A stretch of 62,939 nucleotides of DNA, filler included, from Pirum gemmata (taxonomy: Eukaryota), in assembly GCA_002812295.1 (NCBI GenBank). It is 23 parts of 23 records of this genome, joined end to end, with 100 filler letters (N's around TTAATTAATTAA, not from the genome) between each part and the next. Parts side by side here need not be neighbours in the genome. Positions count along the whole stretch, not along the records: positions 26,532 to 29,083 come from PDIN01005710.1; positions 29,184 to 31,726 come from PDIN01005711.1; positions 31,827 to 34,367 come from PDIN01005712.1; positions 34,468 to 38,345 come from PDIN01005713.1; positions 38,446 to 41,014 come from PDIN01005714.1; positions 41,115 to 43,637 come from PDIN01005715.1; 17 more parts are not named here. One strand, 5' to 3'. The notes beneath the pieces are model-generated. The model saw only the letters and a program-made list of their open reading frames with translations, made no database searches and had not been told where the DNA came from. The translations under genes were made by a program, and so were the position numbers. Below are positions 28,220 through 41,318 of this stretch, piece by piece. Numbering within the stretch: position 1 is the stretch's first letter; every line of letters starts with the position of its first letter.

Positions 28220-28739
28220 AATAAGCAACAAATGTCAGTAAAATCACAGCTAAAATCACCTGCGCCACACTACTGTGTGATAGGTAATACTTTTCATTTA
28301 TTTCGAAGATTTATTTGGTTAGTTATAATATTTAAATTGATATTTTTAAATGAATAAATAGATAATAAATTATACCAAATTAAATTAAATGGATTTATAT
28401 TGTATTAAATTGGTACTCTTTATTGTACAAAACAACTGAAAAGCACAAGAATCAACAAAAAAAGGTAAAAATAAACTAGAGAGGGTCTGCAATTTCATAG
28501 TGATTTCATAGGCCACAGTGCATATCAAAGTTATTTTTTTTTTTTTGCTGTAATAACAGTTGCCCTCTCAATCTTTAAATCGGTACTGTTTAATTGTCAA
28601 ATTGAACTTTTTTATAAAATAAAACATCAAGTATAAAATACCAAATTAATTAAAACATGTCTGATGGCTTAACCATAATAATAAATTGGTATTTTGAACT
28701 GGACAACATCATTCAACTCATCATTCCAGTCGTAGTCCT

Positions 28740-28933
28740 TAGGCTTCTCCCAATTCTGCTCTGTTTAAAAATCGAGATTCCGAGTCTATATTTAATTAAT
28801 AAGTTCGAAATGTTTTTAAAAGCTTACAATTTTAAGTATATAAACCCGAAAAATCGAACGAAACTGAATTTTGGTTTTTTTTTTTTTTTTGACAGCAGAA
28901 ATTCGAGTTTTCGTGTTTGAGCAGAATTGGGAG
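28740..28933. mobile_element. MITE family C (TIR TAGRCTTCTCCCAATTCTGCTC; hAT-like 5'-TAG start)
   Basis: TAGGCTTCTCCCAATTCTGCTC ... GAGCAGAATTGGGAG. The superfamily is inferred only from the terminal bases. Confidence 0.75.
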
Positions 28934-29296
28934 TCCTTTATGATAAAAAAAATAAAATAAATAAAAAAAAGTCTAAGAGTTTTTATTGGTTCTTAGGTGA
29001 TACATTCCTTATATGATAATATTTTATATGAAAAATTGAAAATATAGGAATGGTTGAAAGAATTTTTATTATTATTTATTATTNNNNNNNNNNNNNNNNN
29101 NNNNNNNNNNNNNNNNNNNNNNNNNNNTTAATTAATTAANNNNNNNNNNNNNNNNNNNNNNNNNNNNNNNNNNNNNNNNNNNNAATAATAATAATAATAA
29201 TAATAATGATAGTGACAATGATAATGATAGGTAATAGTGATAAAAAAAATAAAAAATAAATAACGAAAGAAAACAAGTAAATAGCAAATATTTCAC

Positions 29297-29459
29297 CTTC
29301 ATTTACTTTATAATAATTTTCGGCAACAGCACCACCTTTACTCCACAAATAGTTTGAAAAGGATTGGCCATTGGCATCCCTAAATCTAAATTCCGTTGTA
29401 AACACATTGAACATTAACGATTTCCTTTCAAATTCATTTTCTGCGATATAACTGTCGCC
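29297..29459 (-). CDS. Internal exon of an unidentified protein
   Basis: TTATAG acceptor, then GDSYIAENEFERKSLMFNVFTTEFRFRDANGQSFSNYLWSKGGAVAENYYKVNE, then an AAG|GTGAAA donor. Confidence 0.55.
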
Positions 29460-30756
29460 CTATAATATTATTAATATATTAAAATTATAAAAATAAACAA
29501 AAGTTAATGTTATAAAATAATTTAATATTATACAATAATTTAATATTATACGTAAATACTATGCTACTATTTTGTAGTATTTATAATAACTAATCTTTTC
29601 TTTGGGAAAAACCATCAAATCGAGACTATTTCGAAATGTTCGAAATTTTTCGAACTAATTTAAGTATTGACTCATTTTTGATTTCATAGAATTTCATAGA
29701 AAAAACTTGAAACTCGAAAAAAAAACAAGAATATCAGTTAAAAATTGTCACTAATTAATAATTAGGATCGAGGTCTTTGATGCGATTATGTTTTCCTGCA
29801 TCTCCTAGAATTCGGGGTTAGCGTTAGGGTTTGATTGATGATTGTTGTTAGTAAACACGTAAATAATTTTGTTATTTTTTTTTCTCATTGGAAGAAAAAA
29901 AAAGTACTTTTAATCCAAAATAAAAACATTATTATTTATTATTATAAATACTATTTATATAATATTGTTTTATTTTCTCCGTTGGTGAAGGCATTATTAT
30001 AATTATTATGTTGCTTACCTTAAGTTATTTAATAAAAAAAAATCTAAATAGACCCCTCCCCCCACTTTTTTTTTAGAGGGTAGTAGGTAGGGACTAGGTG
30101 TTTATTCTTATTTATAAGCAAATTAAAACTATAAGTGAGGGAAGGCGGGGAAGGGAAGGTAAAAATAATTTTTTTTTTTTACTACAACTGATTTTTAAAA
30201 TTTGGATATTTTTAAGCTGGATAAAACTGTAGAAATTATTTTTTTTAGACTTCTTTTCTGAAAACCTTTAATGATAACTAGCCAAATTATTATTAAAAAT
30301 TGGTCATTGATTAATAATAGAGTTTTCTTAACTATACGATTTCTGAAATTTTGATAGACTAGTATTTTCATTAAAATCGGAGGGTTTTAATATTTCGTTA
30401 GATTTTGAGCTCATATGGCGGATTTTGCAGTTTTATCCGGCATGGGTGTTAATATATATAGATAGATAGGTAGATATATATATATATATATAATAGATAC
30501 TCAAGATCGGTCATATTATTTTTTTACTTTCTATCATTAAAAATAATGTAGTATAATCAAAATATTAATTACCAAACGCTGCCAGTTGCCGGTCCGAAAT
30601 CTGCTTATTTTATAGGTCTCATCTGTATTGATGAAAGGTGTATGGGTGTGTATATGGGGGGTGGGGTTATAAATTAATCGATCGCCAAGTTTTTAAATAT
30701 TTATAACAAAATAACGTTAAACCTATAACGCTTCCTTATATTACTATAGATTACAT

Positions 30757-31690
30757 TTATTTACCTACTCCTATTTTATACGAATATTTTGATACACGAA
30801 CTCCTGTCTGCCATATTGATTTTCTATTACTCTTTTCGAAAAGAAAAACGTTTTTATCTTTTGCAAACTTGCATTCATGTGTTATCGCATGTACCATTTT
30901 AATCCCAAATTCAATATTATTATCCACATTTCTCTTATCCTCTGCCACATAAAAATCTCCAATACGTACACAAGGAATGTTTTCCATGTGGGACCTGATC
31001 TTAGGACCGTACATGTAGTATTTCCCTTTATTTTAAAAAAGGGTTAAGATTAGGAGGTGGTCGGGTGTTAAAGTTAAGGAGCTAGGGAAATTAAAAAGAA
31101 ACTTAGGAGAGCCATAACGTGGCTGATATATATAGGTACTGAATAAAAGTAATGAAAATCAATTAAGACCAAATTATAATCAATTAAAAATAGTCAAATA
31201 AAATCAAATAAAATCAAATAAAATCAAGATTTAATTAAAAATAAATTAAATCGATTAAAATCATTTTAATTTACTTAAAGACTAATTAAAACCAAAGCAA
31301 AATACATATATGTAAATAACAATCAAATCAAATAAAATAAAACAAAAGGAAATTCAACTAAAATCAAGTCCAATATATATATATATATATATATAGGTCA
31401 AGGGCCGAAAGACCCACATCTGGTTCCATATATATATAATATAGAATCAAAAGAAAGATATTACTTTTCTTACTCCACGATCTCGATTCTGAACATTTTT
31501 TAAAACATTGAAGAAAAACATCTTTTAAATTTTCTGCTAACGATTTACATTCATTAGATCCAGCATGTACCATTTTGACAAAGTTATCTTCCTCTGTGAC
31601 AAAAATATCTCCCACACGTTCACAAGGTATTTTACTTTTTTTAATCCCCAAACCATCCATATAATAATAAGTTTTTTTTTTAAGACCAAC
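30757..31690 (-). CDS. Multi-exon fragment with two homologous copies of an unrecognised domain
   Basis: IPCERVGDIFVTEED--NFVKMVHAGSNECK...KDVFL (31463-31660) aligns with IPCVRIGDFYVAEDK...GIKMVHAITHECK...KNVFL (30757-31014). Confidence 0.65.
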
Positions 31691-31858
31691 AGCTGTAGAT
31701 ATATAACAATTCCATAATAAAAATAANNNNNNNNNNNNNNNNNNNNNNNNNNNNNNNNNNNNNNNNNNNNTTAATTAATTAANNNNNNNNNNNNNNNNNN
31801 NNNNNNNNNNNNNNNNNNNNNNNNNNAATAATAATAATAATAATAATTAATAATCAAT

Positions 31859-31887
<29 letters not shown>

Positions 31888-31889
<2 letters not shown>

Positions 31890-32756
31890 GTTTAGCAAAT
31901 CCAAATCCAAAAACAAAAAGATGTCATTCTCAAATGATAAACTTGAAGAATTCGCTCCTCCCACCAACTCGAATAATCAACAACAACAACAACAACAACA
32001 ACAATCGAAATGTAACCCCAACTATAATAAAAAGGAAAAGGAAAGTAAAACGAAAGACAAAGAACCCAAAAGAAAAGATAGAAAAAGCTTTTGCAAACCA
32101 AAAAATAAGAAAAATATTACCAGTAGGCCTAACTCTAGTATCCCACAAAGTGCTACCGCTAACAATACTCCTGGAGGCGATAATAATAGTAGGGACATAA
32201 ACAATGTTCTACAGGCACCAGGAAATGATATAGATCCTGAATTCTGGGCTTCATTACCAAATGATTTCAAACAGGAGATTATTTATTCTTATAAGTTCAA
32301 CAATAATAATACCAACAATAGCAGTAATTACAGTAATGATAATAGTGATAGTGATAGTAATATTAATAATAACAATGGATTTGGTAATGGCAATGGTAAT
32401 GGTAATAGTAATAAGGGAATTCATGAAAAAGAAAATGCAAATGTTGTAACCAAAAATATCAGACAACAACAACAGCAACAACAACAAACGCTTCAACGCC
32501 CACCCAATGTAAACGAAGAATTTTGGAATGCATTGCCAGATGATTGTAAAAAGGAAATTCTTTTTGAATATATGGCAGGGAATGATAGCCAAGTTTCCAA
32601 TAGCGCATCTTCATCAGGTTCATCAACACCATCACTATCGTCATCCATTTTATCACCCCTGCCGTCATCATCCAACAACTTACAAAAACCTTCGGAAGAT
32701 ATTGACCAAGAAACTTGGGATAGCCTTCCTGATAATTTTAAGCAAGATATAATATT

Positions 32757-32832
<76 letters not shown>

Positions 32833-33375
32833 GTAGATAATGGTTCAGTGGAAATAAACTCTGCAGCGTCAAAAACATCCATAATTTTAGACGGGGAGGA
32901 AATAGAAATCGAAAGTACATCGAAAAGTATACCAAAGCGAAAACCTCCTACCCTTTACCCCAGCCCTAACCCTAACCCTAACTCTAATTCTAATCATAAT
33001 CCTATCTCTAATTCTAACGTTAAACCTGCCTCCAACACTATTACGATGACCGATGAAACCCCACCAAAACCAAACTATGTTCCCCGCAGACCAGATCGTA
33101 TTGTGCAATCACAACCACAAGTGCAAAGTCTTCATAGTTTAGAAAGTTTACATAGTTTACATAGTCTACGTAGTGATGGTGAAGATGACGAGGGAAATAT
33201 ACAAGCACAATTGGATGATTTGGAACAAAAACAATTACGTATTCAAACACAAATAAGTCAAATTGAATTAGAACAACATCAGTTAGTCATTGAGAGACAA
33301 ATTAGTCAATTAAAATTTGAATTACAACAAAGTGCAAGTTACAATGATTTATTAGGACAAAACCCAGTATGCTGA
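31888..33375 (+). CDS. Low-complexity protein with three HUWE1-type ubiquitin-binding (UBM/DUF4414-like) motifs and a C-terminal coiled coil
   Basis: IDPEFWASLPNDFKQEII, VNEEFWNALPDDCKKEIL and IDQETWDSLPDNFKQDII match the DpeflaaLP.dir.Eil consensus; Q/E/L heptad-like tail. Confidence 0.85.
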
Positions 33376-33867
33376 TAATATTACACAATAAACAATAAAC
33401 TATTATAGATTTTAGTTACTATATTATACATATATAATTATTAATGTTTAATATCAACACTCATCATCAGACAGTGGGACCCTAATACTTCCAATAAAAA
33501 AACTGATTAATGTTCAACAAATTACTACAGATTCCGTAGAGTGTCGTCAATTGTCGTTGTAGTTTCTTTTTCGGGCACCCGATTCCAATAATTTCATCCA
33601 CCACTTTAACGCCATTATATTAACAAATTGATAGCAAATTAATTACAAATGAGCGAATTTAGTTTCAAATATTACACATAGAACTATCGGCTCATGACAT
33701 TGTAGTTGTGGCAGTCAAACGTTTAATTGATAATAATAAAATGTTTAATAAAAAAAACTAATCCTCACTTTTCACGTAGAAATTTTTAAGAGAATGGTAA
33801 AAAGAATAATATCAATAGATAGTAAGTATGTAATAAGTATTTATTTTCCCAGGCAAATTTAAAACTA

Positions 33868-34051
33868 TTCTGACAATTATGATTAAACGAGAAACTATTA
33901 AACACAATTATAATAATTCCAAGTTATTATTCATAATTAATAATATCATATACATATAACTTTTCTGACAAATATGATTAATTAAACGAGAAACTATTAA
34001 ACACAATTACAATAATTCCGAGTTATTATTCATAATTAATAATATCATATA
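33868..34051. repeat. Tandem duplication of a ~90-bp non-coding unit
   Basis: TTCTGACAA.TATGATTAA...CATAATTAATAATATCATATA occurs at ~33868 and ~33963. Confidence 0.85.
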
Positions 34052-34987
34052 TGGAAAACAACAACAACACAGATTTCTCATGGTAATAGTATTAATAATG
34101 ACAATAGCAATGGTAATTAATCATGGTATTTTGAAATTAGTAAAAAGTTTGTTAGTTGTTTTTTGAAAAGTTGTATCGTACTTTTAATTTTTAGAAATCA
34201 ACTTATGTATATATTATGTATTAATTAATAAAATTAAACGTATTTTAATTAATTTGTGATGTTTTACGTTTTACATTGGTCACTGTAACACACAGTAGAA
34301 TAGTACAGAGTTAGTTAATAAAGTTAAAGTCAGCGCCTTATTATTATTATTATTATTATTATTATTANNNNNNNNNNNNNNNNNNNNNNNNNNNNNNNNN
34401 NNNNNNNNNNNTTAATTAATTAANNNNNNNNNNNNNNNNNNNNNNNNNNNNNNNNNNNNNNNNNNNNAAATAATAAAATATACCAAATTAAATTAAATGG
34501 GTTTATATTGTATTAATTTGGTACAATTTATTGTATATTTATGATGACAAAACAGCTGATGATACACTTATGATACCCACTTGAGTAATGATAAATTATT
34601 ATTATTATTATATTATTATATATCTGATATATCATACCAAGAACTTCCAAGTCTTTTTTTTGAAGTCCTTGGCCATACAGAAAAAAAAATGGTATTTTAT
34701 TATGATAGACTACTCTAGCTAGAAGCAAACCAAGTTGACTACTCTAGATCAAGACTATCATAATATTAATATTATTATGACAAGTTCTATGTCATAAGGT
34801 GTTTAGGAAGGTAGGTTAGGTAGTTAGAGGTTCGGGTTCTGGTGTGTTGGTGGGTTATGAGGGTTACGACTAGGAATACTTTATACTACTTTATAATTAG
34901 CTGTGAAAGAGTAACTTTTTTTTTTAGGGTTAGACTATGTCATATTTCATAGCATAAAAAAAAACTAGTAGTACTAGTGTATGTAAA

Positions 34988-35043
<56 letters not shown>

Positions 35044-35159
35044 ACTGAAAAAACAAATATTGTTTTTTGAATTATAAATTGAAGTTTTTCTTTTTATTCT
35101 TCTCTTTCGTAGCGTATTAATAAGCACAAGAAAACTAAGTCTTTCTCTAATGACAACAA

Positions 35160-36604
35160 AACTACCATTCAGGATATATACCATTATTAGAAGTATTTTT
35201 TAAGAGCAGTTATTCATATTGTGCTTTTCATTTATTTTGTCAACCCAAATATTTATTTGGTTGTTTAAAATATTTAAATTGATACTTTTAATTAATTAAA
35301 TAAATATATATAATAAAATATACCAAATTAAATGAAATAGATTTATATTGTATTAATTTGATACTATTTAATGTATATTTTATGACGACAAAATAACTGA
35401 AAAGCACGATATGTTGTTCTTTCGGAAGGTGGAAACTAAATTACTATTAATTAAGAGGTAATATGTATACACGTCTATTACCATTATTAGAAGTCTTTTT
35501 CTTATTATTTGGTGGGTGTCAGTGGAGTAGAACCATTTCCAGCTATTATTAGGGGTAATTATGTAAACAGGTCTATTACTATTATTAGAAGTCTTTTGTC
35601 TAAAAGCAGTTTTTCTTATTGTTTTGGATGGTAGGTGTCATTGGAGTAGAAGAAAACCTCACCAATTTCAGCTCCAATAGTACCGCAATTACTATTAGGG
35701 GTTATACGTATTCAGTTCTAGTACCATTATTAGAAGTCTTTTTTCTAAAAGCAGTTACTCTTATTATTCTTTTGCATGGTTGCGTCAGTAGAGTAGAAGA
35801 GAACCTCACCATTTTCAGCAATACCAACACAGTTACTATTAGAGGTAATGTATATAAAGGTCTATTACCGTTGTTAGGCGTCAGTGGAGTAGAAGAAAAC
35901 CTCATCATTTTATTGTTTTGAATGGTGGGCGTCAGTGGCGTAGAAGAAAACTTCAACATGTTTAGCTCCAACAGCAACGAATTACTATTAGGGGTTGTAT
36001 GTATACATGTTTATTACCATTATTAGAAGTCTTTTTTCTAAAAGCAGTTACTCTTATTATTCTTTTGCATGGTGGCGTCAGTAGAGTAGAAGAGAACCTC
36101 ACCATTTTCATCAATACCAACACAGTTACTATTAGGGGTAATGTATATATAAAGGTCTATTACCGTTATTAGGCGTCAGTGGAGTAGAAGAAAACCTCAT
36201 CATTTTATTGTTTTGAATGGTGGGCGTCAGTCATTTTATTGTTTTGAATGGTGGGCGTCAGTGGCGTAGAAGAAAACTTCACCATGTTTAGCTCCAAAAG
36301 CAACGAATTACTATTAGGGGTTATATGTATACATGTCTATTACCATTATTAGAAGTCTTTTTTCTAAAAGCAGTTACTTTTATTATTCTTTTGGGGTGGG
36401 CGTCAGTAGAGTAGAAGAAAACTTCACCATTTTCAGCAACAGCAATACAATTACTATTAGGCGTAACATGTATACAGATCTATTATCATTATTAGGCGTC
36501 AGTGGAGTAGAAGAAAACCTCATTATTTTAAGCTCGAACACCAACACAATTACTATTAGGTATAATACGAATATAGGCCTATTACCATTATTGGAGGCCT
36601 TTTT
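35160..36604 (-). repeat. Tandem array of decayed copies of the adjacent WD40 gene's 3' coding end
   Basis: About 11 copies of GTCAGTGGAGTAGAAGAAAACCTCACCA-like units (~146, ~97 and ~51 bp spacing) homologous to 36605-36720, with frameshifts and stops. Confidence 0.9.
35219..35409 (-). mobile_element. Family D MITE with ~24-bp imperfect TIRs and TA TSD, inserted into the WD40-derived array
   Basis: TA|TTGTGCTTTTCATTTATTTTGTC ... GACAAAATAACTGAAAAGCACGA|TA. Confidence 0.85.
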
Positions 36605-36845
36605 CTAAAAGCAGTTACTCTTATTATCTTCTGGATGATGGGCGTCAGTGGCGTAGAAGAAAACCTCACCATTTTCAGCTCCAACAGCAACACAATTACC
36701 ATTAGGGGTTATATGTATACAAGTAATTTCGTTCCCAGAATCTGTATCAATAGTTTGGGTATGGCGCCTGGATACCATATCCCAAATATGCAATTGTCCT
36801 GTATCAGTGCCCATAATGGCTGTTTGACCATCAAACTCAAGACAC
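36605..36845 (-). CDS. Last exon of a WD40-repeat protein
   Basis: CLEFDGQTAIMGTDTGQLHIWDMVSRRHTQTIDTDSGNEITCIHITPNGNCVAVGAENGEVFFY gives two WD40 blades; probable AG acceptor at 36846-36847. Confidence 0.85.
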
Positions 36846-36857
36846 CTTCGTTATATT

Positions 36858-36974
36858 AGAGTTAAGGTTAGAGTTAAGGTTAAGGTTAAGGTTAAGGTTA
36901 AGGTTAAGGTTAAGGTTAAGGTTACGGTTAAGGTTAAGGTTAAGGTTAAGGTTAAGGTTAAGGTTAAGGTTAAG
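36858..36974. repeat. (TTAAGG)n hexamer array, a telomere-variant microsatellite
   Basis: Near-perfect GGTTAA repeats running into a scaffold gap. Confidence 0.9.
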
Positions 36975-39900
36975 NNNNNNNNNNNNNNNNNNNNNNNNNN
37001 NNNNNNNNNNNNNNNNNNNNNNNNNNNNNNNNNNNNNNNNNNNNNNNNNNNNNNNNNNNNNNNNNNNNNNNNNNNNNNNNNNNAAAAAAAAAAAAAAACT
37101 ATTTTAATATGACATTAGCTACTTAGCTACTATTAGCTAGCTAGAAGCTCTACTATCAGATAGCTATCATACTATCAAGTGATATAATATAAAACTACTA
37201 TCGATAGCTTGCTAGCTAGCTACTTACTAGCATAGTAGTTAGTAGCTAGCTATCAGTAGCTATCATAATCATAGTGATACGATCATACGAGGTAATTAAA
37301 TACAAATTGTTAAAAAATGTCATGTACATTTGGAAACTACTAAATTAAAAAATATTGCATAGAAACTTTATTTGTAAAATATTACTATTTTAAGTGGCTA
37401 CACATTTGGTCAATAGCTCTTTTTTAGGTAAAACGCACCAATAAACATTGGATTAGCGAGTGGATGAGGTGGATGAGCTAAGGTTATTACTCTAGGGTTA
37501 TTTTACTATATACTATTAGTTGTTTAGGTGTGATTATAATGGACGTCATTCGAACAGCGCATTATAAATTAGAGAACCCTTTTCCAAGTTTCAAAAATAC
37601 AAAAGCTCAGCTCTAATTTATAATAAACAACAAAAAATTATTTTTTAAAAGCTGTACATGTATTGTTATTATTATTTTTTAATAATAATAATAATTGAAA
37701 TAACGTCATGAACAATTAGAATTAGAATTAGAATTATATATCTATGTATGAGTAGTATTAGTTTTACTATGACATTGTATGATATTTTGACACCTCTTTT
37801 CAAGTTGTGTTGGAAATTTACAGCGCCTAATAATCCAGGCCCAATAATGTGTCGACTACTACAGACTAGCTACTATGATAGCTAATGATAGCTAGTATGC
37901 ATACAGACTTCGACTATCAGAGGACTTTTCGAGGACTTTTCGAATTACTTTTCATAATCTCATTCGAGTTCGCAATTTTTGACTGAAACATGAACCAATG
38001 GCCTTACAGAGTTGAGCATAACATTTTTTAATTAGTTGATAAGATAACAAACTTTGTTGTTTTTTTAACGAATTGAAAGCAAAGCAAAATTTTCAGAAAC
38101 TGGAAAGTTGTCCAATTGTAAACAAATATTCCTTACATCATAAAAATAGCCCTATTATAAATAGGCCTGCTCCCAATTCTGCTTTGTTTTTTTAAAAAAA
38201 TCAAGTTTTCGAGCTTATGCATTAATCAAGTAAGTTCGAAAATTTTAAGCTAACAGGTAAGTATTCGAGCATATTTATTTATTTACAAACCCGAAAAAAT
38301 GGAAAAATAATTTTCGAACAGGGCTGAATTTCGGCTTTTTTTTCGNNNNNNNNNNNNNNNNNNNNNNNNNNNNNNNNNNNNNNNNNNNNTTAATTAATTA
38401 ANNNNNNNNNNNNNNNNNNNNNNNNNNNNNNNNNNNNNNNNNNNNTAAATTCTATCAATAATAATAATAATATATAGACGTTAATTTAATTAATAAGAGT
38501 ATTTGCATTCTTTAATTAAATAGACTTTCATAGTCTTATTTTTGAAAAATAAGACTATGAAAGACCATTTAAGAATGTAAATACTCATATTAAAACGTCT
38601 ATATATACATATAAATATAACAATAATATATATATAATTTGCACAATAACAATAACAATCGTCGATATAATACTAATACTAATACTAATACTAATTATTA
38701 TAATAATAATAGCTATTAGCTGATAGTAATTTATAACTATCAATTATAACACTATACTAATTAACGATGACAATAACAATATATTAATAACAATAACAAT
38801 AATAATAACAATAACAATAATTTGTAACAATAGCATGTATTAATACAATAATTAATTAATTAGAATAATATAAAATTATTATATTTTAATATATTAATAA
38901 CACTAATAACACTAACAACAACTAATTAATTATAACAACGTGCGCGAGACCTATGCCTTATTTATTAATTAGGGCAAATTCTTGACTTCTCTGGTCGCGG
39001 CCTTTTTTTCTGCCATAGGGTGGTTACCCCTCCCTCTACTAGCTAGCGATTATAGCTTCAGATTATTATTAAAATTAATATTAATATTGTGCAATATAAA
39101 AAATAAGCAACTTTTAATTATAATGGAAAATAGACATACATATAATATTTTTGCGACAAAAGTGTAAAATTGTACGAATACTGGCACTTTTGTTTTATAT
39201 ATAATAGCTATATATAGTCTATCATTAAACCCCAAAACGAAACAATGGACATCTAACTAACAATGTTGCCCTTCAACCCTTTTCACGTGAAGATAATTAA
39301 ACAGGATTAATTGAAAATCAAAATTTGATATTCAATATTAATATATTATTATATTAATTAAAAATAAAAAAAAATTACTTTGAATTTTCGAATTAATACT
39401 CAAGACATAATTATAATATAATATGCATATCATAATTAATTGTATTATAAATAATTTGAAGCTTATAAACTGGCATAATAAATATACAGTGTCATATATA
39501 ACATATGCATATTATATCAATATTATATCGAAATAGACTATGTATGAGGGTGGGAAATTTCGTCATTTGACTTTGTGAAATAGTCCTGTTTTTTTAAAAA
39601 TTATTACCTCCTTGGGCTAGTCTGATAATTTATTGGGCAAGTTGTGGAGTGGTAGTAGTCAACATGATTCGGGTAAGTGGTAGTCATGCTATTTGCAAAC
39701 TAACCAAGACTATTTGACATATTTTTAATTCAAACTGTTGGAAACGCACATGTGACTTCTCATAAATTTTTGTAGACTACAGTAGTAGTAGAGTGAGTAT
39801 CTAGCTAGTCTCAGTAGACTAGCTAGCTAGCTAGCTATCGATAGCTAGCTAGCTACTATCGACAGACTACTCTGACTCGAGACTCTGGTAGCCTCTAGCT

Positions 39901-40051
39901 AGCTAGCTAGGCCCCGCGGAGTCTACTGTTGTTCTCTTGATAATTTTGAGCCGAACCGGCCGAACTAGCTACTAGAGTGTAGCCAGCTTGAGCCTTGAAT
40001 CTACCAATACCTCATTGTACTCTACTCTAGCTAGCTCTAGCTAGCTAGTAG

Positions 40052-40324
40052 GGGAGCGTTCAATAATTACGTAACGCTGGGGGGTAGGTAGGGGGGCCGG
40101 ATTTTTGTGACAGGCCATGACGCAGTAGGGGGGTAGGTTTTCGTAATATGACATAACGCAAAAAAAAAATACCCTATATATAACATGAGGGGNGTACTAT
40201 TTTTTCCAAATCGTTACGTCATAAGGGGTAGGTAGTCCTTCTCAAACGTGACAGGGCTGTTACACGGGGGTAGTAGGGTAGGTTTTTGTCCCAAATCGGC
40301 GTTACGTAATTATTGAACGCTCCC
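40052..40324. mobile_element. Complete PIF/Harbinger-like MITE (family A), 26-bp perfect TIR, 3-bp TSD
   Basis: TAG|GGGAGCGTTCAATAATTACGTAACGC ... GCGTTACGTAATTATTGAACGCTCCC|TAG; a partial second copy lies at 51659-51833. Confidence 0.9.
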
Positions 40325-41114
40325 TAGAGTACTATCGATACTGTAGTCTACTAGCTAGCTAGCTAGTAGTAGTAGTAACTACGATTTCTGATAGCTCTAT
40401 CAGATGGTAAGAAGCATGACTATAAAAGTGTTATCTCTCTATTTATGTATGATCAGTATGTACATCAAACTATGATATGTATATAAAAAAATACGAAATG
40501 GTTGAGAATGTTCAAACTTAGCTAAAAGATTTTTAAACATCAATTCTTTGTTGTAAATATTATTTAAATACTATTATTTATTATTATCATTCTTTTTATT
40601 GATATTATTTCGGTTTCTTTTTATTTTATCCGTTTTCTCTATTATTTATTTTATTTGTTTTTATATTAACAAATGTTTAAATTGCATCAGCATAATGCTG
40701 CTGTAGCATGTAAGGTAAGAGGCGTAAGTATTTCTGCTAGAGCAATTCTACAGGATGAGAATAAGAAAAACAAGGTTAACAAAATAAACACAAATCCATT
40801 TGTTGTTGTTGCTACTTGTTTGTCTTTATTATCAATATCATTATCGTTATCGTTTTCCTCCTCCCCCCCCTCCTCCTCCTCGTTATTATTATTATTATCC
40901 GTATTATTATTATTATCCTTATTATTATTATTGTTATCCTTATTATTATTATTATTATCCTTATTATTATTATTATTATTATTTTTATTTATAGTATTAT
41001 TATTATTATTATTANNNNNNNNNNNNNNNNNNNNNNNNNNNNNNNNNNNNNNNNNNNNTTAATTAATTAANNNNNNNNNNNNNNNNNNNNNNNNNNNNNN
41101 NNNNNNNNNNNNNN

Positions 41115-41146
<32 letters not shown>

Positions 41147-41318
41147 AGACGTAAAAAATAAAATAAAATAATAAAAAAAAACGAAATACTATCATACTAA
41201 TCTTCATTAAACTTTTATATTTATTATTATTATATATACAAAACCAAACAAAACCAAACAAAATCAAACAAAACAAAAGCTAATTACACATTTATATAAA
41301 CCAAAATTTTAAAGAAAA

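Noticed and set aside
35160..36720. CRISPR-like array (conserved ~28-nt motif with variable spacing)
   Set aside because: The intervening sequences are homologous to each other and to the WD40 exon rather than unique spacers; the context is eukaryotic and no cas genes are present.
39545..39763. Mariner-like element (TATGAGGG...CTTCTCATA)
   Set aside because: The inverted match is very short and there is no second copy in the window.
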